From Hypanus sabinus (taxonomy: Eukaryota), in assembly GCF_030144855.1 (NCBI RefSeq), contig NC_082733.1:31744001-31808000 (forward strand): a stretch of DNA of 64,000 nt, in the 5' to 3' direction. Position numbers and translations under genes: made by a program. The notes beneath the pieces are model-generated. The model made no database searches and was not told the DNA's origin. It worked only from the letters and a program-made list of their open reading frames with translations. Positions 39,431 to 50,222 of this stretch are shown here, in pieces. Numbering within the stretch: the first letter of the stretch is position 1; each line of letters opens with the position of its first letter.

Positions 39431-41951
39431 CTGCAAGCAGCAGAGGAAATAATGCACACAAAGGAAAAATTAATACAAATGCATGAGCATTCATGATCAA
39501 TTACTTACGCAGATCATTACACACAAAGTGCTAGAGGAACTCAGCAAGGTAGGCAGCATCTATGGAGGGGAGTAAACAGTTGACATCTTGGGCCAAGAAC
39601 CTGATGAGGGTTCCCTCCAGCATTTTGTGTGCATTGCTCAAGATTTCCAGCATCTGCAGAACCTCTTCTTTTTACTTATATAGATTGGTGTCTGAAGTAA
39701 ACTTTAGCATCGGAGGTGGGGGGGGGCAGGGAAACAGCTCAATGGCATTTGCTTCTTGATGAATTGTGTCTACAATAGACAGAGGAGCCAGAATGGTAGG
39801 GAAGAGTTTTCACCATTTGAAACTAATTTCAAATACCTTTTCAAAATGTGTTTCTCCTCCCCGAGGAGCCCATCTTATACGAACATGAAGATCATTGTCA
39901 ATAGGATACCAACAAGAATGTTTTCTCATGGGTCTAGGCAAATGGGTTCAATATCAACCTTGGCTGCAACTTCGGAGTTTGCACATTCTCCTTATTATGT
40001 GGGTTTCCCCTGCTTGCTTGGGATTCCTCTGTGATCAGAAAGTTGGGTAATATAAATTGCCCTTCGTGTATTGGGTGGAACAGGAATCAGGTGCAGTTGC
40101 TGGTTATGAGATGCAGAACAGGTTACTGAAAAATAATTGGAGGAATGGGATTGATGGGAAATTCATGAATACAATGGGCTGAATGGTCTCCTTTATGTCA
40201 TAAGAAATATTATAAAATCAATGTGTTTAAAAAAAAACAAACTTCGTGAATATTCAGTTTAAGTAGCATCTGTGGAAACAGAAATTGTTTTAATGTTTCA
40301 GCTTGATGACCTCTCATCACAATCGAATATACATATTGCAAAGAAGATGAGCCAAGGCATTAGAGATGAATGCTGGGAACAACCCAGAAAGAGTAAAAAG
40401 TGTATGTGCACAGGCAACTTTGGAGAAGATTTTTAGTGGCAGTAAGTGTGCTGGAAATACATCAAATAAAAACAGAAATTAAAGAGAAAAAAAACAATAA
40501 CCAAAGCTGCCAAGACCAAAGACCAGAGGTGTAAAAGAGGCTAAATAAGAAAGCTCAAACAGGTAACTTGCAGAAGATGGTGCATTTGAAAGAAAGCAAT
40601 GAATTTTAAATTTACTGCAGTAGGGAACAAGGAAAATAAACATTTGTCTTGTGTCCCATGTTAAAGAGTTTGGACAGTCTGGGGCTTGTAATAACAACCG
40701 TGAAGATGGTGATCTAGAAGCGGCAAAAATGCATACATCCATCAAAACCACATAATGTCACAAATCACTTTGCAACAGTCAATTTGTGTACAGCAAGTTC
40801 CCACAAACATAATTGCAATAATAGGACAAACATATGTGGCAATAATAAGATAATCTCACTTAGGTAATGATGACCAATGGACAAATATTGGTAGAACACA
40901 AAGAAATAACTACACTGCTCCTTAAAATAAGGCAATGGCATTTTTACATGTATCCAAGGGGGAAGACTGTGTCTTGATTTCATATCTTGTCTTAAATGCA
41001 AAACAACCCCCCCCCCCCCCCCAGCCCCAAAGAACTCTGCACTACCTTGGTATTGCACTGGAAAAACAGGCTAGCTTTCAATGCTCACATCTTGGAAATA
41101 TAAAGATCCACTTCAAGAAACCATGTGTGATGACAGTTCTGGTGAGGTCTAAATTGCTAGGTTTACCACTAATGTCAGAACTGAGCATCACATTAAGACT
41201 AACAGTCAATGAAATGTTTAAGAAAAAAGAAATCTGAAATCAATCAAACGTTTCAAACTCAAAGCCATGTTGATTTTATCTTCCAAGTAGTTCATTCACG
41301 TTCTAACCTGATGGGGATTAACTAACTCAGCATATTTAGAACATTACAGCACAGAACCGGCCCTTTGGCCCATCTAATTATAGAGAATCCAGCATGCAAA
41401 CACGCCCTTTCACCCACCATGTCTATGCCAACGATTAACCACCCATTTGCACTAATCCTACATTCCCAAGTTATCATCAACTCTTCCAAGATTCTACTGT
41501 CACCAGAACAGGAGGAGAAATTGACAATGGCCATTGAACCTATGAACATGCACACATCGGTGGGACATGGAAAGAAACAAGACCATCTGGAGGAAACACA
41601 TGCAGTCAAGGAGCGAGTGTGCCAACTCCACAGAGACAGCTGTAGTTAAGCAGTGCCATAGTGCTACCCCTTGGGAATGCTGCTAGGCAAATCCAGAGGA
41701 GTTAACCCCCGTAGGAACAAATCTTAGAACAGCAGAGTACAGGCTTTTTGTCCCACAATGTCGATCCAACCTTTTAACCTACTCCAAGATCAATCTAACC
41801 CTTCCTTCCTGCATAGCCCTCCATTTTGCTTCCATTTGCCTATTGAAGAGACTTAAATGACCCTAATGTATCTGCCTCTATCACCACCCCGGGTACATAT
41901 TCCAAGCACCCATCACTCTGCAAAACACCCACCTCTGACATCCCTCTATAC

Positions 41952-42954
41952 CAGGGGTGGCCAACCTTTTACATTCCATGCGTCAATTTTTTCACACACA
42001 ACTCTTGTACCCCCATTCAATTCTTGTAAAATGTTAATATAGACATATTTAGCATTTTACATGATATATTGATTTAATATAAAAACAAGATAAACATTAC
42101 TTACCTTGATGAGACTTTTAACAAATATATTTTGTCTTCTTTTGAATTCTTCCTTTTTCTTAATCACATATTCTTTCCGTAACTCAGACCCAAGCACTAG
42201 CTTCAGTTTTCCTTCTATTTCAGTCTGATGTTGTGTTTTATAGTGTCTATTAAGATCATGTCTTCTATTATGTGAGAAAGTGTTTTCACAAACAATGCAC
42301 ACCAGTTTTCCTGACGGACCCGCTATAAATAAGAACTCATTTTCCCACTATTCATTGAATTCACGCTTACTATCAGCTTCTGCTTTTCTTTTGCACTGTG
42401 ATGGGTAACTGAATGTAAAAACAAGGCTTAATTTTCAAAAAAGTACAAAACTGCAAATGTTCATAAAAGATGAACAAAGCACAACTCCGTAGCGCAAGAG
42501 TGTCAATTGTAAACTGACTTGCAAAAACCTGCGATGCATCGCTGGTGCAGATGCCTGGCGCCTCAGGATCAAACAAATATCAAACGTGTATTGAACAGTT
42601 ATAGAATGACTGCAGAACAGAAGTCCTTCGTTCCCAGTTTGATTCATTGAACTTTTTTTTAAATTGAAAACAGATTAATGTGAAAGAAGCCAACATTCGC
42701 AAAAGATGTGCACAAAATAATAAAATCACTAAAAATAATTGCTAAGTTTTAGATATATTCTCTGTAAAACCCATTTCTAGCTCTAAGCTACTTGAATTCC
42801 TGTTATAGATTCTTTTCCTACAAATCAGTTTTTGGTTAATAATTTTTGCATGAGTAGGCTTACTTTTTTATTATCATCACTGGGGTGCAATGCGCCGCTT
42901 CTAATCATCCAATGCACAACTTTTGGTGCATGCGCTATAGGTTGACCATCCCTG
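41952..42954 (-). mobile_element. Non-autonomous hAT (Charlie/SPIN/Buster-like) DNA transposon in a DET1 intron
   Basis: TIRs caggggtggccaacct/aggttgaccatccctg; perfect 8-bp TSD ctctatac at 41944-41951 and 42955-42962; N-terminal zinc-finger remnant KREFNE*WENEFLF...CIVC...LNRHYKTQH. Confidence 0.9.
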
Positions 42955-43610
42955 CTCTATACTTTCCTCCAATCATGCTAAAATTATGTCCTCTCATTTT
43001 AGCCATTTTTTCCCTGGTGCTAGCTGTCGACTCCATCCTTAAGATTTTGACTGAGCTACTTATATTTTCACACATTTCATTCTATCCTTTTTGAATCCGG
43101 CATTAAGACGCTGCTTTCCCTATCAAATGAATGCAAAGAATTCTGAATATTTAATTGCACGGGTACTTACACTGTGAGTTTTAAATGAAGAATATTGAGC
43201 TCAATTTTTGGCATTTGAATTAACAACTTCCATTTACTATAGGAAGAGATCTAAAAGGACCATAAATTCTGGTACTTCTGAAATAAATTAGACCCTTACT
43301 CCTAACATTAAACACTAGAGTCCACGATATCCCTGTTGATCGATACTGCTAAAGTTGTACATTTTATTATGTGCTTACATATGCCTGGGATGATTGTCCT
43401 AAAAAAGACAAGGTGGTCTTTGAAGCAGGACCTGGCCTCCTTTCCCTGCTCTCCATCCCAACAATGCAAACATTTCACCACAAAACCTTAATCTTGTTTT
43501 GGTCTTTCAGAGGAGCATTAAAAAAAAAATCAGTAAGGTTTTACTGATCATTACAAGTCCCATTATTGGTTTGGGCTGTAACCCATTCGTCGAACTAGGC
43601 TGTGCCATAC

Positions 43611-44696
43611 CTGGGAGGGGTCAGTGACCCGAAGTGTCACCACATCCTCGCTCGTGTACTTTATCAAGAGATGGTTCTCGTCCAGAAGCTGCATCTTCCA
43701 CATGCGCAGTTGCTGCAACTGGTCAAAATACTTGAAGAACCTACGCTTGGCTGCAGCACTACCATCGTGCTCTGCCCTTTGCCACAAGTACACCAGCAAC
43801 CGGTGCTTCAGAGAGTTCAGCGTCTTCTCCTTAAAGGGTCGGCAGGTGGAGTTCTGTACGTCACCCAGCACCTCAGGATACACAGCTGAGATGGTTAGCA
43901 GGTCATCTTCGTAGCAGAAGCGTCCAATGGTTCGGACGTCGATGAAAGTCCCTTCTGGTGTAACCTGGAACACATGGATTGTCTGATGCTGCACAGAGAG
44001 AATGGCCAAGATGTTTTTATACAGGTAGAGCCCTTGGTTGTGGGACAGAATGATCTTGTCGCACTTGAAGGACCTCGTATCACAGAGACTCCCCGTGTGC
44101 AGGTCAATGATGTGCAGAGAGTAATCTTCTAACGGAGAGCGAGGGTTCGGCGTAACTGACTCGTTGTTCCGATAAACCTCGAAAAACAGAGGGTGGGGTT
44201 CTTCCGGAAGGTAAGCAGCAGACCCAACGATGACGTAACGGCAGTCGTCAGTGAACAAACTGCACTCACGATTCAGGTGCTCGCCATTCGACGCCACGCT
44301 CGTAACGTGCAGCAGGACGAAGAAGCGCTCGAATAGCTTGCCGCGGATGCTGGCCGACTGCAGGTCACCCGTGCCGTTGACCATGATCTCTCCATCATGC
44401 CCCTGCAGGAGATCCTCGGCCGCCTGGCAGCCCTGATACTCGTAGATTTCCAGCGAGGTCTGGTCCAGCGAGAATGCGATGAAGTAGCGGCCATCGGGAG
44501 AAAACTTGCGCAGGAAGCACGGAGGCTTTTCCACATTGACTACAGTGAAGTTCGGAAATACGTTCTGGTGCAGGCATCGTACCATGTACCAGTGAGCACC
44601 TGGCCTGCCTAAATGGATCCTCCGTCGCTCCAAACGGAAAACTACGTTCTGATTCTCAATTCGCCGAGGCTTGATGGTTGGGTCATCATCATCCAT
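43611..44696 (-). CDS. DET1: DET1 (De-etiolated 1 homolog, DDB1-CUL4/COP1 ligase adaptor) first coding exon
   Basis: ATG at 44696; 362 codons [18 protein letters not shown]...[17 protein letters not shown]...VTDPSQ; donor CAG|GTATGG; upstream acceptor tctctctgcAG puts the exon start at 44727. Confidence 0.97.
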
Positions 44697-44825
44697 TCTC
44701 AACCATCACCACATGTTCTCCGTGCAGCTGCAGAGAGATGATTGAACGAACAGCAGTCAGAGTCAGTTCTTCATTGGGTTGGGAATTTAGACACAAGTCA
44801 AAAACAACAGTGTTACAATCTAATG

Positions 44826-44905
44826 CAGGGGTTCCCAACCTGGGATCCACTGACCCATTGCTTAATGGTACTGGTCCATAGCATAAACAAGGTTCGAAAT
44901 CCCTG
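44826..44905. mobile_element. ~80-bp hAT-type MITE (other copies at about 23668-23745, 56584-56663, 57537-57609; short copy 47305-47342)
   Basis: TIR caggggttcccaacct...aggttgggaacccctg consensus seen across five copies. Confidence 0.7.
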
Positions 44906-46099
44906 ATCTAGTAACTGCAAGTAACTACATAGATTTTGGAGCAACACCCAAAACACTGGAGGAGCTCAGCAGGTCAGGCAGCTTCTGTGGATGGAAATGG
45001 ACAGTCCATGTTTCAGGTCAAGACCGTCCAGCTGAAGTGAAAGATAGGGGGGAAATAGCTAGTAAGAAAAGCTGGAGCAAGAGCTAACAGGTGATAGGTA
45101 GATCCTGGTGAGAGAGGTAAAAGGCTGGTGAGAGAGGTGGAAGGTTGGGAAAGTCAAAAACCAGTTTGTGGAAGTGTCAAAAGGCTGAAGATGACATAAT
45201 CCGACAGAAATAGCGAAGCCAAATGGAAGAAGGGAGGAGAAGGAAACCAGTGGAAGGAGTGTGAGGGTGATGGGGAGAAGGAGGGAGTGGGGGCCATATG
45301 GATCAGAAGGGAAGAGGGAAGGATGAAGCACAGAGGAAATAGTTAACACAAGTTTGAAAATTTTGACATTCGTACCACCAGACAGGCAGAATATGAGATG
45401 CATTTACTATCAACAGGGCAGTGGAGGGGGTGAGTGAAACATTACTTGTGAATGATGGCCTAACACACAAACTTCATTCTTAACATTCTTACTGAGGTTA
45501 ACTGAAATCATGCTGACTATTGAAGATTTCTGAATATTGTACTGAACTGTAAAACAGGAGCAGCAGTAATGGTAGTGATTGTCCAACATTCTGTGCCAAG
45601 TGGCTTAAGAAGCAACTCACTGCTGCCTGTCCAGAACAAGATATTTACCATTTTACTCCTTTGTTCCACATCCAGCTAAACTGTGGATTTGCACAGCTGA
45701 TATTAATAATTACACCTGCAGTGGATTGCTTCTTGAAGAGAAATATAGGTTAACATTGACAATTCAATAGCTTTCTCAAAAGTCTTTCCGAGAGATCAGG
45801 AAATTCCTAGTTTTCCACTTGCCAGACTTTAATCACCCTATCGGGAGTCTCACTATGCATGTACATGACCACTTCAGGTTACTAGAAATGCAAATGGAGG
45901 AACGGCTAAGGATATTGCACAACACCACCTTACACAATATTACACTACTTGGAGTCAAAGAGCATCATAGCACAAAAACAGACCTTCAATCTATCTAGTC
46001 TGTGCCAATCTGGTTTTCCACCCAGTCCAATCTACCTGCAAACAAACCATAGCCCCCTCATAGCCCTCTCATCCATGTACCTACCCAAACTTCTCTGTT

Positions 46100-46380
46100 A
46101 CTGGGGCACTATTACAGCTCAGGATGTAGGATTTCAAACTTCAATTCCAGAGCCGTCTGTAGGGAGTTTGCATGTTCTCCTTGTGAGCGTGTGGGTTTCC
46201 TCTGGGTGCTCTGGATTCCTCCCAGTCTAAAGACATACCAGCAGGCAGGTTAATTGGTCATTGTAAATTGTTCTGCAATTAGGCTGGGGTTAAGTATGTG
46301 GGTTGCTGGGCAGTGTGGCTCGTTGAGCCGGAAGGACATACTCTGCACTGTACCTATCAATCAATAAAAATAAATAAAAC
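46100..46380 (+). mobile_element. V-SINE (HE1-like); further copies at about 59010-59330 (+), 36150-36360 (-), 41430-41670 (-), 5560-5740 (-), 60110-60260 (-)
   Basis: V-domain-like ggagtttgcatgttctcc...gtgggtttcctctgggtgctctgg.ttcctccca; A-rich tail. Confidence 0.7.
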
Positions 46381-48248
46381 ACACATCTACCACTTCTGCT
46401 GGTAAGGGAGGTTCCCCCCAATCCACCTTAGTAACAAACACAACAGATGATACAAGTTTAAAGCATGAATAATTCTTGTGATCAGAAGAAAAAGATATGA
46501 CACAATTGTGAATACGGAGTTGAGACTCTGATGAAATCTCTCTTTCAGTTTTATATTATATCTCACGGCTTTAAATTAACTTTGGGCAGAATAAGAGATG
46601 TGAGAAGGATGGGAGTATGGCACACAATAAAGATAAAGAGAAGTTTCAGTGAATCCTTGGCCATCTTTTTAAATTTAGGGGTATAGCCTGTATAGTTTTC
46701 CCCTCCATTTCTTATAACAGGAGGGATTATGGGCAAGGTGTAAAGCCAGCAGTTCCCATTCCTGTCAATTTATTGATGGGATGGGTAGGCAAAGTCAACC
46801 CCACTGTCAGGCCATCAGTTGTCGGCTCAGAGACGCAAATCACGTGGTTTCAGACTAATATCTCTCTAGAGAGTTGGTGTTTGGCTTCCAGTCTAGGAAT
46901 GTTGTTCTTGTTTTGATTGTAGCCATTGGTTGTGTTCATGCAAGCCTGACTACTGATCTTGAGCAAAAAGTTACAATCTGACATTAAGTTTTACCGCCAG
47001 AGAGAAGGTACACACTCAACAGTTGTTCAGGATGCACACTCGGTGTTTCCCAAACAACTCCTTCCCTCTGCCATCAGATTTCTGTACAGTTCATGAACTA
47101 TTATGGTCTATTTTTGGCACTACTTATTTTTATATAGCTCATATTATAACTCAGTCATTTTTATATATGGCACTGTACTGCTGCTGCCAAACAACAGGAG
47201 AGGCTGGATCTCTACACTAAAAAACATCAGTGGTAATAAACCTGATTCTGAACCTCCACAGTTGCACGAGATGTTAAATTCCAAAGGTTCACTACTATCT
47301 AAGTCAGGGATCCCCAATCCTTTTTTATGCTGAGGACCCCTGCTCTAAGTGAAGAGGTTTTGCTGTATGTCAGTACTAAATGACCCAACCTTTATTTTGA
47401 AATTGTGGTACCTTTTACGAGACTCCTAAGCCAAAGGGGTCTCCCACCATTTATCATGTGAAGCTGTCCAAGAATTTTGTATTTTTTTTTTAAAAACGAG
47501 AGGTAAAATATTGAAAGTTGTCCACCTGGGAGGCAGAGGATACATGAAGTGAGCTGCCAGAGGAATTGGTAAAGGCAGGTACAGTTAAAGTTTCAAAGGT
47601 ACTTAGTCAGATTCATGGACAGGTAAGGTTCAGAAGAATACGGGCTAGGGAAATGGGTCTAGCTTAGTTCGAATAGACAAGTCAATAAAGAGCGCCCTTT
47701 TCCGTGCTGTGCAACTATGAAGTCACGCTTCACTCTTTCACATTTTAGTTTAAAGACACTGTCAATTCGATCTTTCCTCATATGCCCAAACCACAAACAG
47801 TAATGAATCTTTCACCGCACTCCCTCCATGATTATAAGAAGCAAAAGTATGCACAATAGACCAGGTGTGGTTTCTCCAAGACCTCACGAAATTGTTCCTG
47901 CATTCTTGCACTCGAATACTCTTACAATAAAACAACATAGTATTAGCCAGAACGCCTCTGAATGTTTCCAGCGTTGCCTGTTTTAAACTATCTGCCTTCC
48001 CAAATACCCGCTGTGGCAGCATGTTCGCTTTCAGAATTCTGACCACATACTGGTGTCCAGTTCAGGTGTCACCATGGTCAAAGACAAGAGACCCTTATGC
48101 CAGGCGCCTTTGGCCCGTTCACAGGGGCAAGCCGGGCCCCATTGCCAGGGGTAGCCAGGCGCTCCGGCTCCAGCATGAACCACAGTGCCAGGAGCCCGGG
48201 CTCCCGTTCACAGCCCGGCTGCCCACCTAATCAGTGGGTCACACTCAC

Positions 48249-48500
48249 CCCTCCAGTGTTTACCCAGCGCAACAGAGATCTACTCCATAGTCCAGCACTC
48301 CCTGCTCTCGGCCGGCGGACCAGCGCCCTATCCCACATTGCACCACTGTCAGCCGGCGGACCAGCAACCTATCCCACATTGCACCACTGTCAGCCGGCGG
48401 ACCAGCAACCTATCCCACACTGCTCTGCGTGCCACAGCAACGTCGAGACCAGGTCATCGTTAGCTGTTTGGTTCCACCTCCTCCCCGCCATTTAACGTGA
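48249..48500 (-). other. DET1: Probable non-coding first exon / TSS region of DET1
   Basis: CpG-rich island at about 48.0-48.7 kb; YY1-like AAATGGCGG at about 48485-48493; consensus donor GG|GTGAGT at 48248-48243; the 5' end is approximate. Confidence 0.6.
48311..48423. repeat. 41-bp tandem repeat, about 2.8 copies
   Basis: Unit gccggcggaccagcaacctatcccacattgcaccactgtca starting at 48311, 48352 and 48393. Confidence 0.95.
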
Positions 48501-49088
48501 GAATATCTTAAGTAGCTATGCATTTATAGAAGCCAGGGCGTGCAAGGTTTTCAGTCACACTCCTTGTAATTCCGTGTTCTAGTCGGCCTGTAGGGGGAGC
48601 GTTACCTGCACTAGCCAGTGTAGGAGTTTTAGCCTGCACTATTCCCTCTCTGCCAATAGGGGGAGCATTAGCCTGCAGGGAGAGCTTTACTTCCAGACGA
48701 GGGGAAGTGGCTCCAAACTTCAGGTCAGGAAGCATCTCTGGGGATGCAACACAGGATTAAAGGAAATCTGAAATCGAACACACTGAACGGTCAGCATGTG
48801 GCCTTTATGGTCTATCTGCTCAGTTCTCACTGTCAAATGGTACAGCGCTGTGCCAAAGTCTCAGGCACAAAAAGATTCTGTAAAGCAAATATGCTTTCAA
48901 AAATTAAGAAATTAAGAGTTTATAAATATCAAAAACAATACTATAAAGAATAGTGAACTGTTAAAAAAAAAGCTAAATCAAATCAATATTTGTTGTGCCT
49001 TTGCCTTTAAAACTGCAAAAATTCTCTTAGGTAACGTTGCTGTGCAGTTTTATTGGGGGGGGGGGAGGTGGAAATCGGCTGGTAGATT

Positions 49089-50222
49089 ACCACAAGGTTC
49101 ACTCCAGATGCTGCGGTCAAATCAACACATACAAACAAACTGGATATGAACAGCAGGTCGGGCAACATCCGTTGAAAGGAGCAGTCAACATTTCGGGCTG
49201 ACACCCTTTGTCAGGAATGAAGAAGGAGGGGGCAGGGGCCCTATAAAGAAGGTGTTTCATCACCATAACAGGGACCATGTTCCCCTTGTCCTCACCTACC
49301 ACCCCACCAGCCTCCAGATCAAGCATATTATCCTCTGCAACTTCCACCACCTTCAACAGGACCCCACCACTAAGCACATCTTTTCCTCTTTACCCCTCTC
49401 TGCTTTTCGCAGGGATCATTCCCTCTGTGACTGCCTGGTCCACACGCCCCTCCCCACAGATCTCCCACCTGGTACTTATCCCTGCAAGCGTAAGTGCGAC
49501 ACCTGTCCCTACACTTCCTCTCTTACCACCATTCAGGGCCCCAGACAATCCTTCCAGGTGAGGCAACACTTCACTTATGAGTCTGTTGGGGTAATCTATT
49601 GCATTTGGTGCTCCCAGTATGGCCTCCTCTACATCAGCGAGACTCGACAGATTGGGGGACCGCTTGGTCGAGCACCTCTGCTCCGTCCGCCACAACAGAC
49701 AGGATCTCCCAGTTGCCACCCACTTCAAATCTCCTTCACATTCCCATTCAGATATGTCCATACATGGCCTCCTCTACTGCCACGATGAGGCCAAACTCAG
49801 GTTGGAGAAGCAACACCTCATTTACTATCTGAGTAGTCTCCAGCCCCTTGGCATGAACATCGAATTCTCCAACTTCCGGTAATTCCCTCCCTCTCCCTTC
49901 CCCCATCACACTTTCACACCACCTCCTCTTCTAGCTACCTATCACCTCTCTCATGATCCTGCCTTCTTCTACTACCCATAGTGCTTTCCCCTTACATTCC
50001 TTCTTCACCTCTCCTGCCTATCCCCTCTCTGCTTCCCCTCCGCCACCCCTTTATCTTTCCTCTGATTGCTTTTTCACCTGCACCTTCCCCTCCCCCCACC
50101 TTCTTTATAGGACCCCTGTACCCCCACTTTCAGTCCTGACGAAGGGTCTTGGCCTGAAACTTTGACTGCTCCTTTCAACGGATGCTGCCCGACCCGCTGA
50201 ATTCATCCAGCTTATTTGTACG
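49089..50222 (+). mobile_element. Penelope-like element (GIY-YIG endonuclease region) with inverted pLTRs
   Basis: Frameshifted ORF VPLVLTYHP...VIYCIWCSQYGLLYISET..RLGDRLVEHL; inverted repeats 49128-49254 and 50097-50222; TSD ggctggtag(a/g)tt at 49077-49088 and 50223-50234. Confidence 0.9.
50131..50168 (+). ncRNA. Minimal type-I hammerhead ribozyme motif of the Penelope pLTR (probably inactivated)
   Basis: Stem I cagtc/gactg, CTGACGA, stem II gggtcttggcct, GAAAC, cleavage triplet altered to TTT; antisense partner at 49182-49219. Confidence 0.65.

Noticed and set aside
43563-44702. 379-aa ORF as a single-exon gene or retrocopy
   Set aside because: It is the large DET1 exon; the ORF call starts at a TTG and reads through the donor at 43610, and three downstream exons complete the protein.
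48311-48423. CRISPR-like array
   Set aside because: Head-to-tail repeats with no unique spacers; eukaryotic context; no cas genes.
48097-48495. ORFs with repeated peptides (PTLHHCQPADQQ)
   Set aside because: Artefact of the 41-bp tandem repeat in a CpG island.
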